Shown: positions 24,450-38,650, numbered from the stretch's first letter. The stretch is 64,000 nucleotides of DNA from Tricharina praecox (GCF_024521635.1 NW_026250403.1:496001-560000), one strand, 5' to 3'. Notes: generated by a model from the sequence alone, not told the origin. Program-made: numbers and translations.

Positions 24450-26707
24450 ATGGAAGTAAAGCAGGAATACTCCAAGAGACCTCGTCTTGATTCGTGGTCT
24501 TCTTCGCAGCAGATCATAGACCAAGCGACCTTCCAGTTCCACCAGCAGGCGGCGTATTCCCCCCAGTCACAGTACTCAAACAGCTCCACGATGGCAGGAT
24601 GGGGAGAAAGCAAACCCCGGTCGCAGAGCATGAGTGGTGGCGGCGGAGGCGGCGGCGGCGGCGGCGGCGCAAGCGGCAGTGGGGGGGTGGGGGCGGGAGG
24701 ATCATCAATCGGTAGGGATGGACACCATTTTTCGTCTTACGCGCCGTTCGACAGTAGTGGAGACTCACACTTATTGCCAGTCGGCCACACCCCACTGTCA
24801 GTAGATTCGCACGGCATATCCACCCCTGTGTCCACTGATGCGCAGGGCTTCAACGGATACCAGTCGCAACCCTCTGATATTGACACCGGCACCGCAAACT
24901 CATCGCCCCCTTCCCAGGGCATGGTCAGACAGCAACTGAAACCGCTCCAGACCACGCAACAGCAGCAGCAGCAACAGCAGCAGCAGCAACAGCCAGGTGT
25001 CTTCGATTCGTCCGCTTTCTTCCATCATATATCCCAGGGCGCGCCGACGGAGCATCGAGGTTCGATGAGTTCAGGTGCGGAGATGGCTTCGCCTGCAAGT
25101 TCGAACGCGGTTGGTCCGGGAGTAACGGGTGGTTATCATGGCGTACAGGGCCACCAGCTTATCGGTGCGAATCCCATCGTGCCCTCGCCTGTCAATGCGC
25201 AGGGTGGCATAATTCTGGGCGGAGGTCAGGGGGTGAACGTCGTGACGACCTATCCGCCACGAAGAAAAGCAATACGAGCAGCGCAGGTACGTACTCTTCC
25301 TCTTCATCCTCCTCCTCACGACCCTCCCCGCATCTCTCTCCGAGTGGATCTTGGTCTCTGTGAATTTTAGCTGATTCGCGATCGAATAAAATAGGCATGC
25401 GATGCGTGTCGGGCGCGCAAGGCGAAATGCGACGAAGGAAGGCCCAGCTGCGGCTTCTGCAAGGAATCACAAGTAGCTTGTGTCTATCGCGAAGTTCCAC
25501 CTCCAAAGTAAGCGGCTGTCCTCTTGTCGTTAGACTAAACGTTCGGAATGGCTCATGCGGAATTTTATTTTTTCCCTTCAGACAAGATCGCACATTACTG
25601 CAAATACTCGATCGTCTCGGACGCGTTGAAACGCTCTTGGAAACCATCAATACTCGCGGTGGTGACTCGCAGCCTCAGAGCGCAGCCACATCGCCAAAGG
25701 GATCTGCCTCGAAGCCGGCGTCTCCGCCGCAGACGCGGCCCTCCATCGTCTCTCGTCCATCCATCACTCCGGGGGCTACCATGCGGGAAATCCCCATGGA
25801 AGAGGACGAGCAGCTCACCATACCGTATCAGCACACCACCGCCGCACACAAGCTTCTCTGGTGGCCCAGCATCCGGAAAATAGTCGACGATGATTTCCTC
25901 AAGCATGATAGCTACGTGATCGACGAGGAACAGAACCGGGGTACCCTACGGATCTACGGGAGGGGGGAGGAGAGTAGCGGCGGGGACCCAACTTTCGAGG
26001 AGGATACTGAATATGCGGGTCCGAGCACCGAAGGCTGGAGTGGCATGTTCTACAACGGCGCCTGGGAATCTGGCACCGAAGGAGGAAGGAAAACCAACGG
26101 GACCTCCACCGAGGATGATGACCACAACATGATGGACCCTCAAGGAAATCTCATGCCTCCTCGGATGTCGGAACAGGGCATCGGTGGATTGGGGTCCGAC
26201 GGAAAACTGCGCCTGGATCGCCAGACGGTGCAGGAGCTGCTCAACAGCTACCTCAAAAACATCCACATCCTTCACCCCATCCTCGACAAAGCCAGCATCA
26301 CGGACACTGTATTCCGCTTTGCCGATCTGTTCGGCTCTTCCTCACAGCAAGAGGTTGATTCCAACCCGTCCGGCTTAGGGATGGGTGGCGACACCAACGG
26401 CACGGAATCAACGATGCCTTCGCCACGGAGTCATCGGAACAACTCCATCTCGGGGAAGCGAAAGCGGAGCATGTCGATCCCACAGCAACAAGTTACAAGT
26501 CTATCGCCTTCGCCGTCGAGAAGCATACCACGTACGGTGCATTCCGCCTTGGTTCTCCTCGTGATGGCCTTGGGATCGGTATGCTCACACCGCCGACCCG
26601 TGCCGGGTCCCCTTCCGAAAGCCCAGTACCCTTCCGTCTTCAGTAGCACGGCATCTCCTTTCGGATCTTCTGCAACCCCACCGTTCTCGGCGGCATCGCC
26701 ACCGTAC

Positions 26708-26742
<35 letters not shown>

Positions 26743-28125
26743 ACAGCAGCAACAGTTCTCGGCGGGAGGAAGTAGGGACAGGCCGGACTCGAAGAATATT
26801 GATGTGATCCCAGGGCTGGCTTATTTCTCGCAAGCTATGGATATCATGGGCGCTCTGATCGGAAGCAACGAGCTAGAGAATGTTCAAGCAGGGCTACTGG
26901 CTGGACTATATTGGGGCCAATTGGGTAGGGTCCTGGACAGCTGGAAGTGGATATCTTGGGCATGCATGGGATGTCAAATCCTTATTCGGATGTAAGATCA
27001 CCCCTTCGAACAAACCCTCCTTGCAACGAACTACCCACTAATACAGGGGGGGAAACAGGAAACTCAACTCGGAAAAAGATGCCCTCCGCAAAGACCTTAT
27101 CCTCCGTGCCTTCTGGAGTTGCCTGCAGCTCGAGAGTGATGTCCTGGCAGAGCTCGATCTGCCTCCCAGTGGCATTTCCAGGCTGGAAGACTCCATGCTT
27201 CTTCCCAGTGGAATAACCTCGCCGCCGTCTCCATACACCGAAATCGCGGCCGACGATCCACTGATCTGGATGTACTACCTTGCGCAGATCGCACTGCGCA
27301 AGCTGTTGAATCGCGTCCACACCGCACTGTACAAGCAGGACAAGACCAACCTGGATTCACCACGCTGCCTTGCCATCGCCCGCGAGCTCGACTACCAGCT
27401 CGAAGCGTGGAGGTCACATCTGCCCCCGCGCCTACGCTGGGAGACCAACGATCCTCCGCCATCCGATATCAATGCTGCGCGTCTGCGTGCAAAATACTTT
27501 GGCGCCAGATACATCATTCATCGACCGTTTGTGTACCACGCCCTGCACCACAATGGCGGCATCGGTAGCAGTGCTTCAGCACGCTACAGCCATCCGGGCT
27601 CACCCTTGATGGATGACCAGAACAATGGGGAGGATAGGGATAGAGGCGACATCACGCCCAACGAACTGGAGATGAACTGCCGCAAATGCATCGAAGCCGC
27701 TCTGTCGAGTACCACCGCCTTTCACGGATTCAATCCAGATGTTATGAGGCCGATTATCACCAACGTGTTCGGAACGGCTCATGCGTGAGCCCCCCTCCCC
27801 TTCTTCCTCCTCCTTCTCCTCCTCCTCATCCTCCTCCTGGTTCTCCACCACCACTTCATTCCGCTCACACCGAGGCAGACAATTTGGAAACCTACTGGTA
27901 CTCCAGGCGGCGTATCAATCTCCCAGTCTAAGGAATATGATCTCGGCTCATACGCTGAACGATCTCCTCACCAAAACCACCCATTGGCTGTACACTCTGG
28001 TCCCGATCTCTCCAGCGCTGCACCGCGACGTTATGATACTGCAGAACGCCGCACAGAAGTTGGACTTCTCTTTCCAGCAGCCCAATGCTGTACCACAACA
28101 GCAGCAGCAGCAGCAGTTTCACTGA
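24450..28125 (+). CDS. Zn(II)2Cys6 (GAL4-type) transcription factor with fungal middle-homology region; exons 24450-25286, 25395-25507, 25582-26991, 27059-27784, 27879-28125; 1110 aa
   Basis: The spliced zinc cluster reads RRKAIRAAQACDACRARKAKCDEGRPSCGFCKESQVACVYREVPPPK (Cx2Cx6Cx6Cx2Cx6C). Middle region SYLKNIHILHPILD, LVLLVMALG, RAFWSCLQLESD, YYLAQIALRKLLNR. Poly-G and poly-Q tracts. All four introns are canonical. Confidence 0.95.
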
Positions 28126-28632
28126 TCGCTCTGCTCTATCCCTCTTGAGTCTTCCCTCATGCACCTGGTAATGCAGGTGTCAGTGTTGGTGTCTTGTATG
28201 TGTCTACGATGTCTATATATGCTACGATACGATAGTCCCTATGGTCTCCTATGTATCTTGCGATCTCTCCTAGCTTGTACGCTCTTAATGTCTGTCTGTT
28301 ATCCTTTCTTGTATCTGTGGCTTGTTCCTTTGTATTGTACTTTTGTTTCTTTCTTGTGTTTTATTTTTGGGGTTTGGCCTGGTGGGAGCGAGTTGTTTTG
28401 TTTTCTGTTGTGTTGTATCGAGAGGAGTCATCCTTCTATAGTAAGGAGCTCTGGTCTTGGATTTTTCTTTTGTTTTGGTTCAACATTGTATTAGCAGTTG
28501 GTTTGAACATGATACCTACATCCTACATAAGCCCGTTTGATAGTCTACTTTCATGTTTCTCTTGTGCTGCTGCTGGTCACGAAGTTCGAACAGATAGGTA
28601 GATCATAGATGGTATGGGTCACCGCGCTGCAT

Positions 28633-28663
<31 letters not shown>

Positions 28664-28734
28664 CGAACTCAACTCTTAGCAAACATCAAAACCCATACAT
28701 GCATGTAGGTATCATGGAATGGAGGCCTGCTTAA

Positions 28735-29015
28735 CCAAAAGAACTAAAGAATGTATAAATCAAAAACGGAAATGAAATCAAAATCAAAACGAAATTGAAA
28801 ACAAAACTAAAATGAAAACGAAAACGAAAAGGAAAGCAAAAAAAATGAAAATGAAACTAAGGAAGATGAAACGGAAAAACAAAACCAACGAAAAACAAAA
28901 ACAAAAACAAAAACAAAAACAAAACAAAACCAACGAAAATGAAAGCCCGACAAAAAACCCAGCGAAAACAAAAAACAAAAACGAAAAACAAAACAAAAAG
29001 GAAAGAAACAAACCC
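28735..29015. repeat. A-rich low-complexity tract (AAAAC/AAAAT/AAACG units); T-rich on the GH3 transcript strand, in its 3' region
   Basis: Directly visible, lying between two convergent gene ends. Confidence 0.85.
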
Positions 29016-29083
29016 GAAAAATACCAGACGCCTCGCACACCGACCAAGCCACGCGCTCCCAACCGTAAGGCTCACGCACTCCA

Positions 29084-31929
29084 CTAAACGATCCAGCTCA
29101 ACCCCTTCGCGACCCTGAACACCGCGTGGCCCCTAACATCAACCGAACTGGCGGCAGCATGGACCGCGAACTCTGCATTCTCGTCGACGACCCACAGCAT
29201 CTTCCTATCGTTGAAGTAACCGAGGGCGTACTTGTCGAGCGTGTAGCACGCAGTCTTGGTCTCGCCCGGCTGCAGCGACACCTTGGCGAAGCCCTTGAGC
29301 TCCTTGATCGGGCGCGGCAGACCAGGCTTCGTGGTCTGCGAAACGTAGAATTGTACAGACTCCTTGCCGGAAAGGGAGCCGGTGTTGGTTATGTCCACTG
29401 ATACGACGAGCGGGGAGTCTGGGGAGAAGAGTGACGAGGAGACGCGCACGTTGGAGTAGCGGAAGGTGGTGTATGAGAGCCCGTGGCCGAATGGGAATAG
29501 TGGTGCGATCTTCGCCTTCTCGTAATGCCGGTATCCCAGGTAGATGCCCTCGCCGTAGACGACGGTGTCGTTCTCGCCCGGGAAGTTGTGGAAGCACGGG
29601 GTGTCCTCGAGGCGCTTTGGGAACGTGACTGGGAGCTTGCCGCTCGGGTTGACGGCGCCGACAAGGACGTCGAACAGCGCGTTGCCGAGCTCCTGTCCTT
29701 GGTACCAGGCCTGCACTACTGTTGGCGCGGCGGCGAGCCACGGCATGCTAATAGGACTGCCGGACTGGTTGACGATGATGGTGTTGGGGTTGACCTTCAA
29801 AACCTCCTGGATCAGCTCGTTCTGCGCGCCGGGAAGATCCATCGATTTCATGTCGTACGCCTCGCTCTCCCACTCGATGTTCTTGCCGACGACCATGACG
29901 ACGATGTCGGACTCGGCGGCGAGCGCGACTGCGTCGCCGAAGAGATTCTCCTTCACCTCCTCCATGAATCCGACCCGCGAGCCGTCCATAACCTCGTCAC
30001 GGTAGAGCTCGTCCGTGTAGTGCACGGGTATCGGATCGAGTTCGCGGGATACACCTTCCACCTCGACGGTGTAGGTCCGGCCGCCGACCATATCTATCTC
30101 CACCCGCTTCTCGGGAGAGGCGTACGCCATGAACATCTCCGAGCGCTCCGACTCCTTGGTGCGGTTCCAGATATTGATGATCTCCTTTCCGTCGAGGAGC
30201 ATTCTTCCGGGCCCGCATGTGCCCATAGAGAACATGTGTTTTCCGGTAGTCTTTGGCGTGAGCAGACCAGTTGCACGGTAGGAGTATCGTTTTCCGGGAG
30301 TGAAGCTCTTGGGCAGGTTGTCGTAGCACGAAAGTATCGTGCTGATCCTGTGGGCACTGTGGACTACCTGGCCCTTGTGCTCCATGTTGCCGAAGTACTC
30401 CATGTGCATCCCGTGCATTCCGTTCTTGGGGGAGACGCAGACCTCGGAGAATACGGGGACGAACTTGTTGGCTAGACATCCGCGGGCGTGCTTGACCACG
30501 AGGTCGGGGTGTGGCGAGGCGATGTTGGCTTTGAATTGCTGGTAGGGTTTCTGGCGGTAGTGGGGGTTCAGGGCGGCAGATCTGGAGTAGACAAATCAGT
30601 ACGGGAGAAACACCTTGGGGGGGGGACGATTAAACACGCACCCTCCACCAGCGGCAACCGATTCATCCGCGTTAGGTCCGATAAAAGCAATCTGTTTGAT
30701 GCCATCCAGCTTGGAGGCCGTCAAAGGAAGGATGTCTCCCTCATTCTTGAGAAGCACTATTCCATCGGCGGCCGCCTCTCGTAGAAATTGCCGGTGCTCA
30801 GGACGATCATGGGCCTCCTCCTGCTCTTCCACCCAGTCGGGATATTTGTATTTTCCAGTCTTGTGAATCTGCAGTGCATAGCGGCAGATTAGCGACTTGT
30901 ATCACCGGTCTGACTGGAAAGAACCGACCAATTGCAAAATTCTCCGGACGCATGCATCCAGCGTCTTCTCCTCCATGAATCCCTTTTTGACGGCATCCGA
31001 AAGGTTCTTTCCGCGTTTTCTTGCCGGCCCAGGCATCTCCAGATCCATGCCGGCGTCCACACTCGGCACGATACTATTGACACCGAACCAATCGCTCATG
31101 ACCATCCCGTCGAAGCCCCACTCCTTCCTTAGGATATCCGTGAGCAACTTCTTGTTGTTGCTCGCATACACGCCGTTGATCTTCGAGTAGCTGGCCATGA
31201 TACACCACGGATTCGCGTCTCGGATCGCAATCTGAAACGGCACCAGGTGGAGCTCGCGGAGACACCGCTCAGACATGATCTGGTTCACGACGAACCGCCC
31301 CGTCTCTTGGTCGTTCGCCGCAAAGTGCTTGATCGTCGTGGCGATGCCGTGCTCCTGCACGGCGTTGATGTATGCGGCTGCGAGCTTGCCGCCGAGGAAC
31401 GGGTCGTCGCCGGAGAAGGACTCGAAGTTTCGGCCGCCCAATGGGGATCTGTGGAGACACACTGGACCGATCGTATTAGCTTGTCTACCAAAAGCGGGAC
31501 GAGGCTGGCCGGCTGGCTGCCTACCTGTTGGGGCGAGAAGGATATCCGCCTTCTTGTCCCGCATCTCGGTGGCCAGAAGGCTTCCGAGCTGCGAGATGAT
31601 ATCGGTATCCCAAGTAGCCGCCAACGAAACCGCGCTGGGCGCCATTGCGGCCGTGGTTCCATCGACCATAGTACCACCACGGATGCCGACGGGTCCGTCA
31701 GACGTCTGCGTTAGTCGGTCAGTCAGATGCGTCCAGAAGTATTTGCGACCGATTAAATTCGTCCACACACCTTCAATTGAGGGATTCCAAGGCGCGGAAC
31801 CGGATACGTCCTCCATACGTCCACACCCGAAAGCATGAGAGCCTTCTCTTCGAGAGTCAACTCTGCCAGCTTGCCTTCTACCCATGACTCCATGTCCACG
31901 GGCAACGGCATCGGTTCTAGGGATGGCAT
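29084..31929 (-). CDS. Glycoside hydrolase family 3 beta-glucosidase with PA14 insert and Fn3-like C-terminus, probably intracellular; exons 31929-31771, 31705-31525, 31461-30929, 30868-30642, 30581-29084; about 865 aa
   Basis: Motifs LTLEEKALMLSG, TSDGPVGIRG, RSPLGGRNFESFS, IKHFAAN, nucleophile MSDW, DLEMPG, GIVLLKN, NPSGKLPVTFP, FPFGHGLSYT and ELKGFAK. No signal peptide. The start could instead be the ATG at 31911 or 31893. Confidence 0.95.
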
Positions 31930-34900
31930 AGAAATAGAGGATGAGGTAACAGTCGACAACGCGAGCACTCAATGCCTACGTGATGATATACTCGTCGGGT
32001 TGTGGTTGTAGGGATCGTGGTGAGATACGAGGACGAAGCTCAGTGGACACAGCCGCAGGATATGAAGGAAGAACACGAAGAAGACGGGACGGTCCCCATG
32101 TTATAGGTAGCTCAAGGAAGGGGCCGTATTTGCGCATCGTTGGGGAAAGATTTTACCGGAGCGGGGCCACGGCATCAAAGCCACTACGGCGGGGAAGAGG
32201 GATTGGTAGCCCTCGACGGAAGCACCTAAACCGTCGTCAGCAGCCAGCAGCCAGCAGCCAGCAGCCAGCAGCCGGTAGGCTGAGGATTATCGCATCGTCG
32301 CTACCTGAAACCGAAAAGCCATACCGTTCCTAGGGAGAGACAATATCGAGCTTGTATTCGTTCCCATTCGTGCGTAACTACCCGACAAAAAAAGCCTCCG
32401 GTCATAGCCGGGGGGAACGTGTGGTGCTGTGTTTATCTTCGTCCTAACCATGGGAGCGGCCGATAAAAAAATATTCCGGATCATGTATTTGTGCTTTGAC
32501 TACCACATGTGGTGCTTGAAGCTCATCGTCGGCGTCTGTCCAGTCCTCAACCTCGTTAGACCGAACTCCCCTCCCCCACCACCCCCCCTCCCCCCCGCGT
32601 GTACGGATATTCTTCCGTGATGTGCATTAGCAGGGATTCTGTGGGGGTGGGGCTGGTACCAAGCTAGAGGTTTCCGCTACAACGGCCATGTAGAGTAGAC
32701 GTCTGTAGACAAGTGAAGGGAGGGATCCACATGGGTCTACCGCCTCGATCGATTGTGACGCCTTCGGGTCTGCCTAGATATAGTATGGTTACTCTGGTAG
32801 ATAGACATAAATCCAAAAGTTTGCCGGAATACGTTGTTGCCGGACTAGTAAACGGCCGGTGTTCCTTCTAGAAGACGAGCCAAACAGTCCAATGAAGGGC
32901 TTCAAGATGGGATGGCCATCCGTCGTACATAGCTTCGCCGATTGCGAAAACATATAGTGAAGCAGACAATTTTCGACGCAGGTGGTTTGATTCGATGTCA
33001 ATGGCTGAGGGTATGTACATAATATGGATCTCACGAGAAAATCCCTGGGATCCAGATGACAGGCCAGGTCAAGGTTCAAACACATAGTTAGTAAGTGCCC
33101 TCCTTCGCCGGGCGCCAACCGAAATGACTCGTTTACTCAGAGTTGTAATGTCATGCAGTATCACTCGAGACCCGGCTGTCGTTGGTTATCGGATACCAGC
33201 GGGGCGGTGAGAGGTCTCATGCAAATCAAAGAATAAACCAAAAGACCAGAGCGGTGAGAGGTCGCCGCGGCGCGCATTGAACCGAAAGAAAGAAGTCTGC
33301 ATGCTTAAGTAAGTCGGATCAACCTCGGAGCTCTGCGGTCCACAGTCAACCTGATCTGCAAACATAGGCAACTGCAGAGGCCCTTGTCCGGCCCCTCGAG
33401 CCGCAAGCAAGCGTCTGGGGGTAGCCAGTATTAAAAAGCCCTTCCGGGGAATTGGCACAGTATGTGCCGGTGCGGTCGGAATGCGTATGTACCTGGGCCC
33501 CAATGTCAGCAACCGGCATGTACCATGCATGGGGAGCCCTTCCCAACCATGCAGCTGTCTTTGGAATAACCTTTATTGCGGGGCTTGTTCGGATGACGTT
33601 AGTCACGCAGCGTCGGTAACCTCGGGAAGGCAGCGCTGTTGGAACAGAGAAGTATGTGATAATCCCTATGCCTCTGCGGACGCGGACGCGGGCGCGGGAA
33701 CGAAGGACCGACTTCCGGATCCTACATTGTCCCGTGAGCTCCAAGAAGTGGGGAACGGGATGGTATCGCTCTAGTGGGGTCAGATCAGAAGTAGGTAGAA
33801 GCCTTAAGCCCCCGTAATATTTCGCATTCCGGCTAATAGAGTGGTTGCTGGGTACGCAGCTATATCAGCCAGCCGGCCCATTGTCCGTACATTTTTCCTG
33901 GATGATCGAAACGCGCAATCCCCAAGACTTTTCAGGCCAGGAGATAATCGTGTCGGAGCGAACGCGAGAGTTGGCCGCGGTTGAGGTACTGCTGCTGCGC
34001 TTGTTGCGGTGAGATCGGGTTCAAGGCGAACCCCGGTCCTGCGATGTCCGCTGCCACACATGTAACCATCAGACGATGATGGCGATGAGCTGAATAACTA
34101 TATCCCTGCGTCATTCCACAACCATGATTCTCTCACTCTTTGCGGGTCACCGTCCGAGTACCACTCACCAAGCACCATTCACCCCCACCTCATCTGATGT
34201 CTGCGTTGCGGACTCGTGAACTTCATCACCTAGGATAGAATAGATTTGAATGCAAAAGCAGAGCTATCTAAGGTCCATCTTTGATCTTGCTGCTGCTGCT
34301 GCGCTTGCTGCGGCGTGACGTTGGACTGGGTGGGTCAGCTGTGGTTCCGAACCCTGGGACTAATCTAATCACCTCATTGGAATCTCTCGACCAACCATGG
34401 CCAAGCCATATGCAACACAGTTGCGAGTTATGTTTCTGACGGCGAAGTGGCTGCAGAGTTTGCGAGCTGGATGAACATCGGTAGGCAGTTGCTTCTGTGT
34501 ATGAGGTGGTATCCGGAGAGTGTTCGAAAGGCCGTGTCCCTCCAACCACAAGGCTCAGTTACCGACCCAAGTAATGCCTCGGAGAGCGGGAATACGCTAG
34601 TTCGAGCGTTGCTGCTTGATGTTTCGGAGTTCTAACTTCTGACGTTGGGTGTCTCTCCTCTGGCGTGCAGACACGTACAGGACGAACAACATGGCGGGCC
34701 ACGGTAGAGGGCATGTGCCCCCCTGTTCCGCGCGACGAGGACCTCTGGATTCCAAATCAAACATGCTGCGGATTCACCTATTATTGGCTCCAATACAGCG
34801 TTTCTTTGAGCCTGGAAAAATACCTCGGCCGAAAGTCTTCATAGCTCCCGAGCCGGGTCCTGCGGAAGCAACGAGCCTAACCATCGGAGGAACCCAAGCG

Positions 34901-37612
34901 ATATGGAACGGATAAGCGACCGAGCACACAAACGGTTAGCAAATCAACGGACGTCCCATTAAGGTTCGATATCTGAGTTCGGTGTCATGAGAGCGTTCGC
35001 CATGTCGAGTAGGAAGAAGTTCGTCGTTTGCTCACTCCAGGTGGATGACCGGGGCCGCAGACTAGGTATAAAATTCGCAAACGTTGGGGACGTTGATTTG
35101 GGGAAAGGAGCGGATGATGTAAGCCTCCCCATAGGAGAGTGTCGGGAGACTAGCGACGAGAAACATATACATTAGGCGACGGAAGTTTAGTCTGAACTGG
35201 GCCCCCAAACAAGCCTGCTTTTGAAAATCGAACGGACATGATCCCACACACCCGCATTCCACAATTTTGCGGCTCGGGAATCCAGCACTCTTCTTGCTCC
35301 AATAGTGAAGGTTTTCTTATTGCCGTGAGACTGCAGACTGCAGGCTGTCGATCCAGCCAAAGTGTAATCGGGCCCTTTGTGTGATGTTACTCTACAGTCT
35401 GCAGCAAGGGCGGGAAGGTGTACGCACACCAACAAACACATAGTGGATAAGAATATGCATTGCACTCGACTTACCAGTCACCGGTGACCGGTCACATCCG
35501 AATTCTCTCGTTGATTCGTGTTGATATTTTTCTGGACTGTCCCTCGAGCAACCGTACTCCGTGCTCATCACGTATCACTCAGATCGCGTATTGTGTCAGT
35601 TCGGCTTTGCGTGTGAAAGCGGATATTCGCACAGAGTAGGCTGGCTTGAAAGATCCTTAATCCAAGGCATCCAAGGAGTGCCTGATCCGGTCTTCGCAGT
35701 TGGATGAATATAGAGTGATCCCGTTGCCCTTCCCGGCCCCGCTATGACGATGACCGGAAATCTCGCCGCTTCCCCGGATAAGCCCGCAACTAAGCGCCAT
35801 TATCTCCAAGCGCTAGATCCGTAGATCAGTCCCTTACATACAAACGTACCGATAGGGTATGTACTTGTATGTATGCATGTAACTGTCGTATGTGTGTAGA
35901 GGAGGCAGCCTCCCCGCAATCCGGAACAACCGCCGTAAGCCCGTAGCCCGTAGGCCGCTAGAAACAAAACCAAAATTCTGGGCTGAAACCGCTTCGGAAT
36001 TCGAATGAGCGAGACGTTGTCCCTTTGCCCCGCGCCGGGTTGGGTCCGAACTAACCAAACATTACCGACGTCGATCCCCCGCACACACAGCGGATCGGCC
36101 TCGGCCCGACCCTCCCGTGCAGAATATTAGAACGTGCTGGCTTGGCTTAACCGCACCGCCCAGATGTACGCCTCCCCTTCACATAAAGGTTCGCTGGACC
36201 TCTCGAGCCATCAGCGTGTTTGCTGCGCCTCCACAGCAGGTAATTAGCAGCGAAATTAACCCCCACGAGACCCAGTTCAACCCAGCCCCAGGAACCTAAA
36301 TAGGATCGATTAAGGGTAATCGGTCAAAATCGACAATTTGGCCGAATACGGTCGATTTGTTAATGCATGGCGAAGAGACGCTTGGGGCTTGCGCGACTAT
36401 GTCGTCTCTCAGGGTCTATTCGAGCGTGTTTTGGGTTGCGTGGAACTCCGGACTTTTGGCGTTCGCTCGGTGAAACACCCCCTCATCATACTAACTAGTA
36501 CCTACGAGTAATGGAAGCGTGAAGCTTTCCACGTGTGTTCGAATTCGCGCCAGATGCCGCCGGAAGGATTCTCACCTTACGGGTTCGGACGATTAAGGTA
36601 AAATGGGAGGGGTGCTTGGCTCATGTGGGAGCACTCGGGATGAGCCTCAATAAGTTTGTTGAAATATGAAGGTCAAAAGTCTATTGTCCGACAGGCGGAG
36701 AGAGCGCAGACGACAACTGACTAGGTGTACAGTATATATCTAGTATAAGATGGGAATGGCGAGATTGCCAAACACAAAGAGTAGAGTCCGATTTTGATTT
36801 CAATTTCCATCATCGAATTGCGTGCGAGTTACTATGTGATCGTAGCGATGCGTAAACCGTCCGATTCCTGTCCTCCCGTCTCTCTCTTCCCGCTTTAGTT
36901 GCTCCACTGGCCTCGAATTCGCTCTTCCCCTCCGCCCTGCTCTCCCGGTTCGGAGTCTCTCCGTAAAGAACAAAGCCCTTGCAGACAAAGCAACAGTATC
37001 GTGGGAGTAACAATATAACGAGTGATATAACTCAACAAAGTTGGAGTGAGCCGCCCAACGGATCCGTGTAGGCATGGAAGCGTTCCGACGTAACCTTGTC
37101 TCTCCATCCGGGGTCGACGATTGACGACCTAGGATGAAGCTCTTGATGCGCTCGGTAACCTTAACTCCATCGCATTGGGTTCAAAGTATACATCGCGGAT
37201 ACTGCCGATGAGATGAGCTGCTCTCCGGCCAAGGCCAAAATCTTGCCTCATATCTCATACGAGTCAAGGGAATCGGAGGATTCATCCCTACTCACGGAGA
37301 CAGTGCTTTTTCACCTGGCTGAAGCGACGATCTTAAGCTCAGACTTTCGTAGGCACCTAGACACCTTGATAAATCATCGCCTTTTTAAGCCATGTATCGT
37401 CTAAACAAACCAATTGAATTTCACGATATCCTTCCCCATGAACTTCCGGAAGCGTAACACTTCCGGGTCGTAGGGCATATATGATTCCGCCGTTCGCCGC
37501 CCTGTCGAAATCTCCAGCCTGCAGTTTGCCGTCCCCGAATCAACTCGTTTTCGACTTTCGACTTTCCAACTTTATCCACGGTTCTTTACTTCCGATTCCC
37601 TGTCATTTCAAG

Positions 37613-38263
37613 ATGCAGTTTGTTATCCTCTCCTTCGTCCTGACTGCTGTCGCCAGCGCACAATCACCAGGTTCCAACGTCGTCCAGATCGCCGACGGTC
37701 AGATCCAGGCTCCCGGCGCAGTTCCACAACAGCCTCAGTCGCAGCCTGCCCAGCCGCAGCAACCTCAATATGCCGGCCAGACCACCTACGAGACAGGGCA
37801 GATTGCCGGAGAAGCCAGCTTCACCGACTACTCTTCCTCCGACAACAGCGCTGCCTACCAGCCTGTCCTTGTGGCCGGTTACGGCCCCGAGTCCGGCAAC
37901 CTGAACACGTACTGCGGCCCCGACCAATATGCCGGCCAAGCGTCCGGCCCTGGATACGGAAACGGCGTCACTCCCACTGGAAACGCACCCACCAACGGCT
38001 ACATCAACTCTGCGGGAATCCCGGCTTCGGGACCCATCACTGATTCTGGATATATTACCGATTCGGGGTACATCACCGATTCGGGGTATATTTCCTACGG
38101 CTCCGGCGGTGCGGGTTCGGTCCTTGTGGATTCGGATGGCGATATTGTTGGCGTTAATGGACAGGCCCCAGCAATTTTTGAGGGTGCCGCGAGCAAGCAC
38201 TCAGGTGGGTGCCTGGTCCTGTCCTTGATGGCTGCGGGAGTAGTGGCTCTAGGGATGATGTAG
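37613..38263 (+). CDS. GPI-anchored cell wall protein with a single Pir repeat; 216 aa
   Basis: Signal peptide MQFVILSFVLTAVASA, Pir motif VVQIADGQIQA, G/Y/S-rich body, and C-terminal FEGAAS followed by a hydrophobic tail typical of a GPI signal. Confidence 0.88.
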   Translation: MQFVILSFVLTAVASAQSPGSNVVQIADGQIQAPGAVPQQPQSQPAQPQQPQYAGQTTYETGQIAGEASFTDYSSSDNSAAYQPVLVAGYGPESGNLNTYCGPDQYAGQASGPGYGNGVTPTGNAPTNGYINSAGIPASGPITDSGYITDSGYITDSGYISYGSGGAGSVLVDSDGDIVGVNGQAPAIFEGAASKHSGGCLVLSLMAAGVVALGMM

Positions 38264-38650
38264 CGCATCTCCGAGGAAGACCCTGAGGCGTGAAGAGTCC
38301 GGAGGCAGAGGGGGAGCCACCTGTACGGTAGTTGGGAAATGTAGTGTGTGGCTGGATGTTTTCGGTGTCATTTGTGTTTCTTGCATATAACTGCTGGTGC
38401 TCGAGAGGATTATGTTCGGGGCTAGATTTGGGAAATGGTTTCTTTGCTTCCTTCTCCCGGTCAGTTAATCGCGAATAAATGCTATGTGGGTGGTGCACGG
38501 ATTACCTGTCGATGTATGTACAGCATTGTATTTCTGCCCGAATATGGCTGCCGCATTCTAGCGTATACACCTTCCTTCGTGGCCAACGAGATTTCGATCA
38601 GCTCTATCTGGAAATAGTGGCCGTTCGGCCGAACGGTGAAGTCTTTCCGC

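Noticed and set aside
28735-29015. Lys-rich and Phe-rich ORFs, or a telomere-like tract
   Set aside because: Translations of an irregular A-rich low-complexity 3' region; there is no TTAGGG array.
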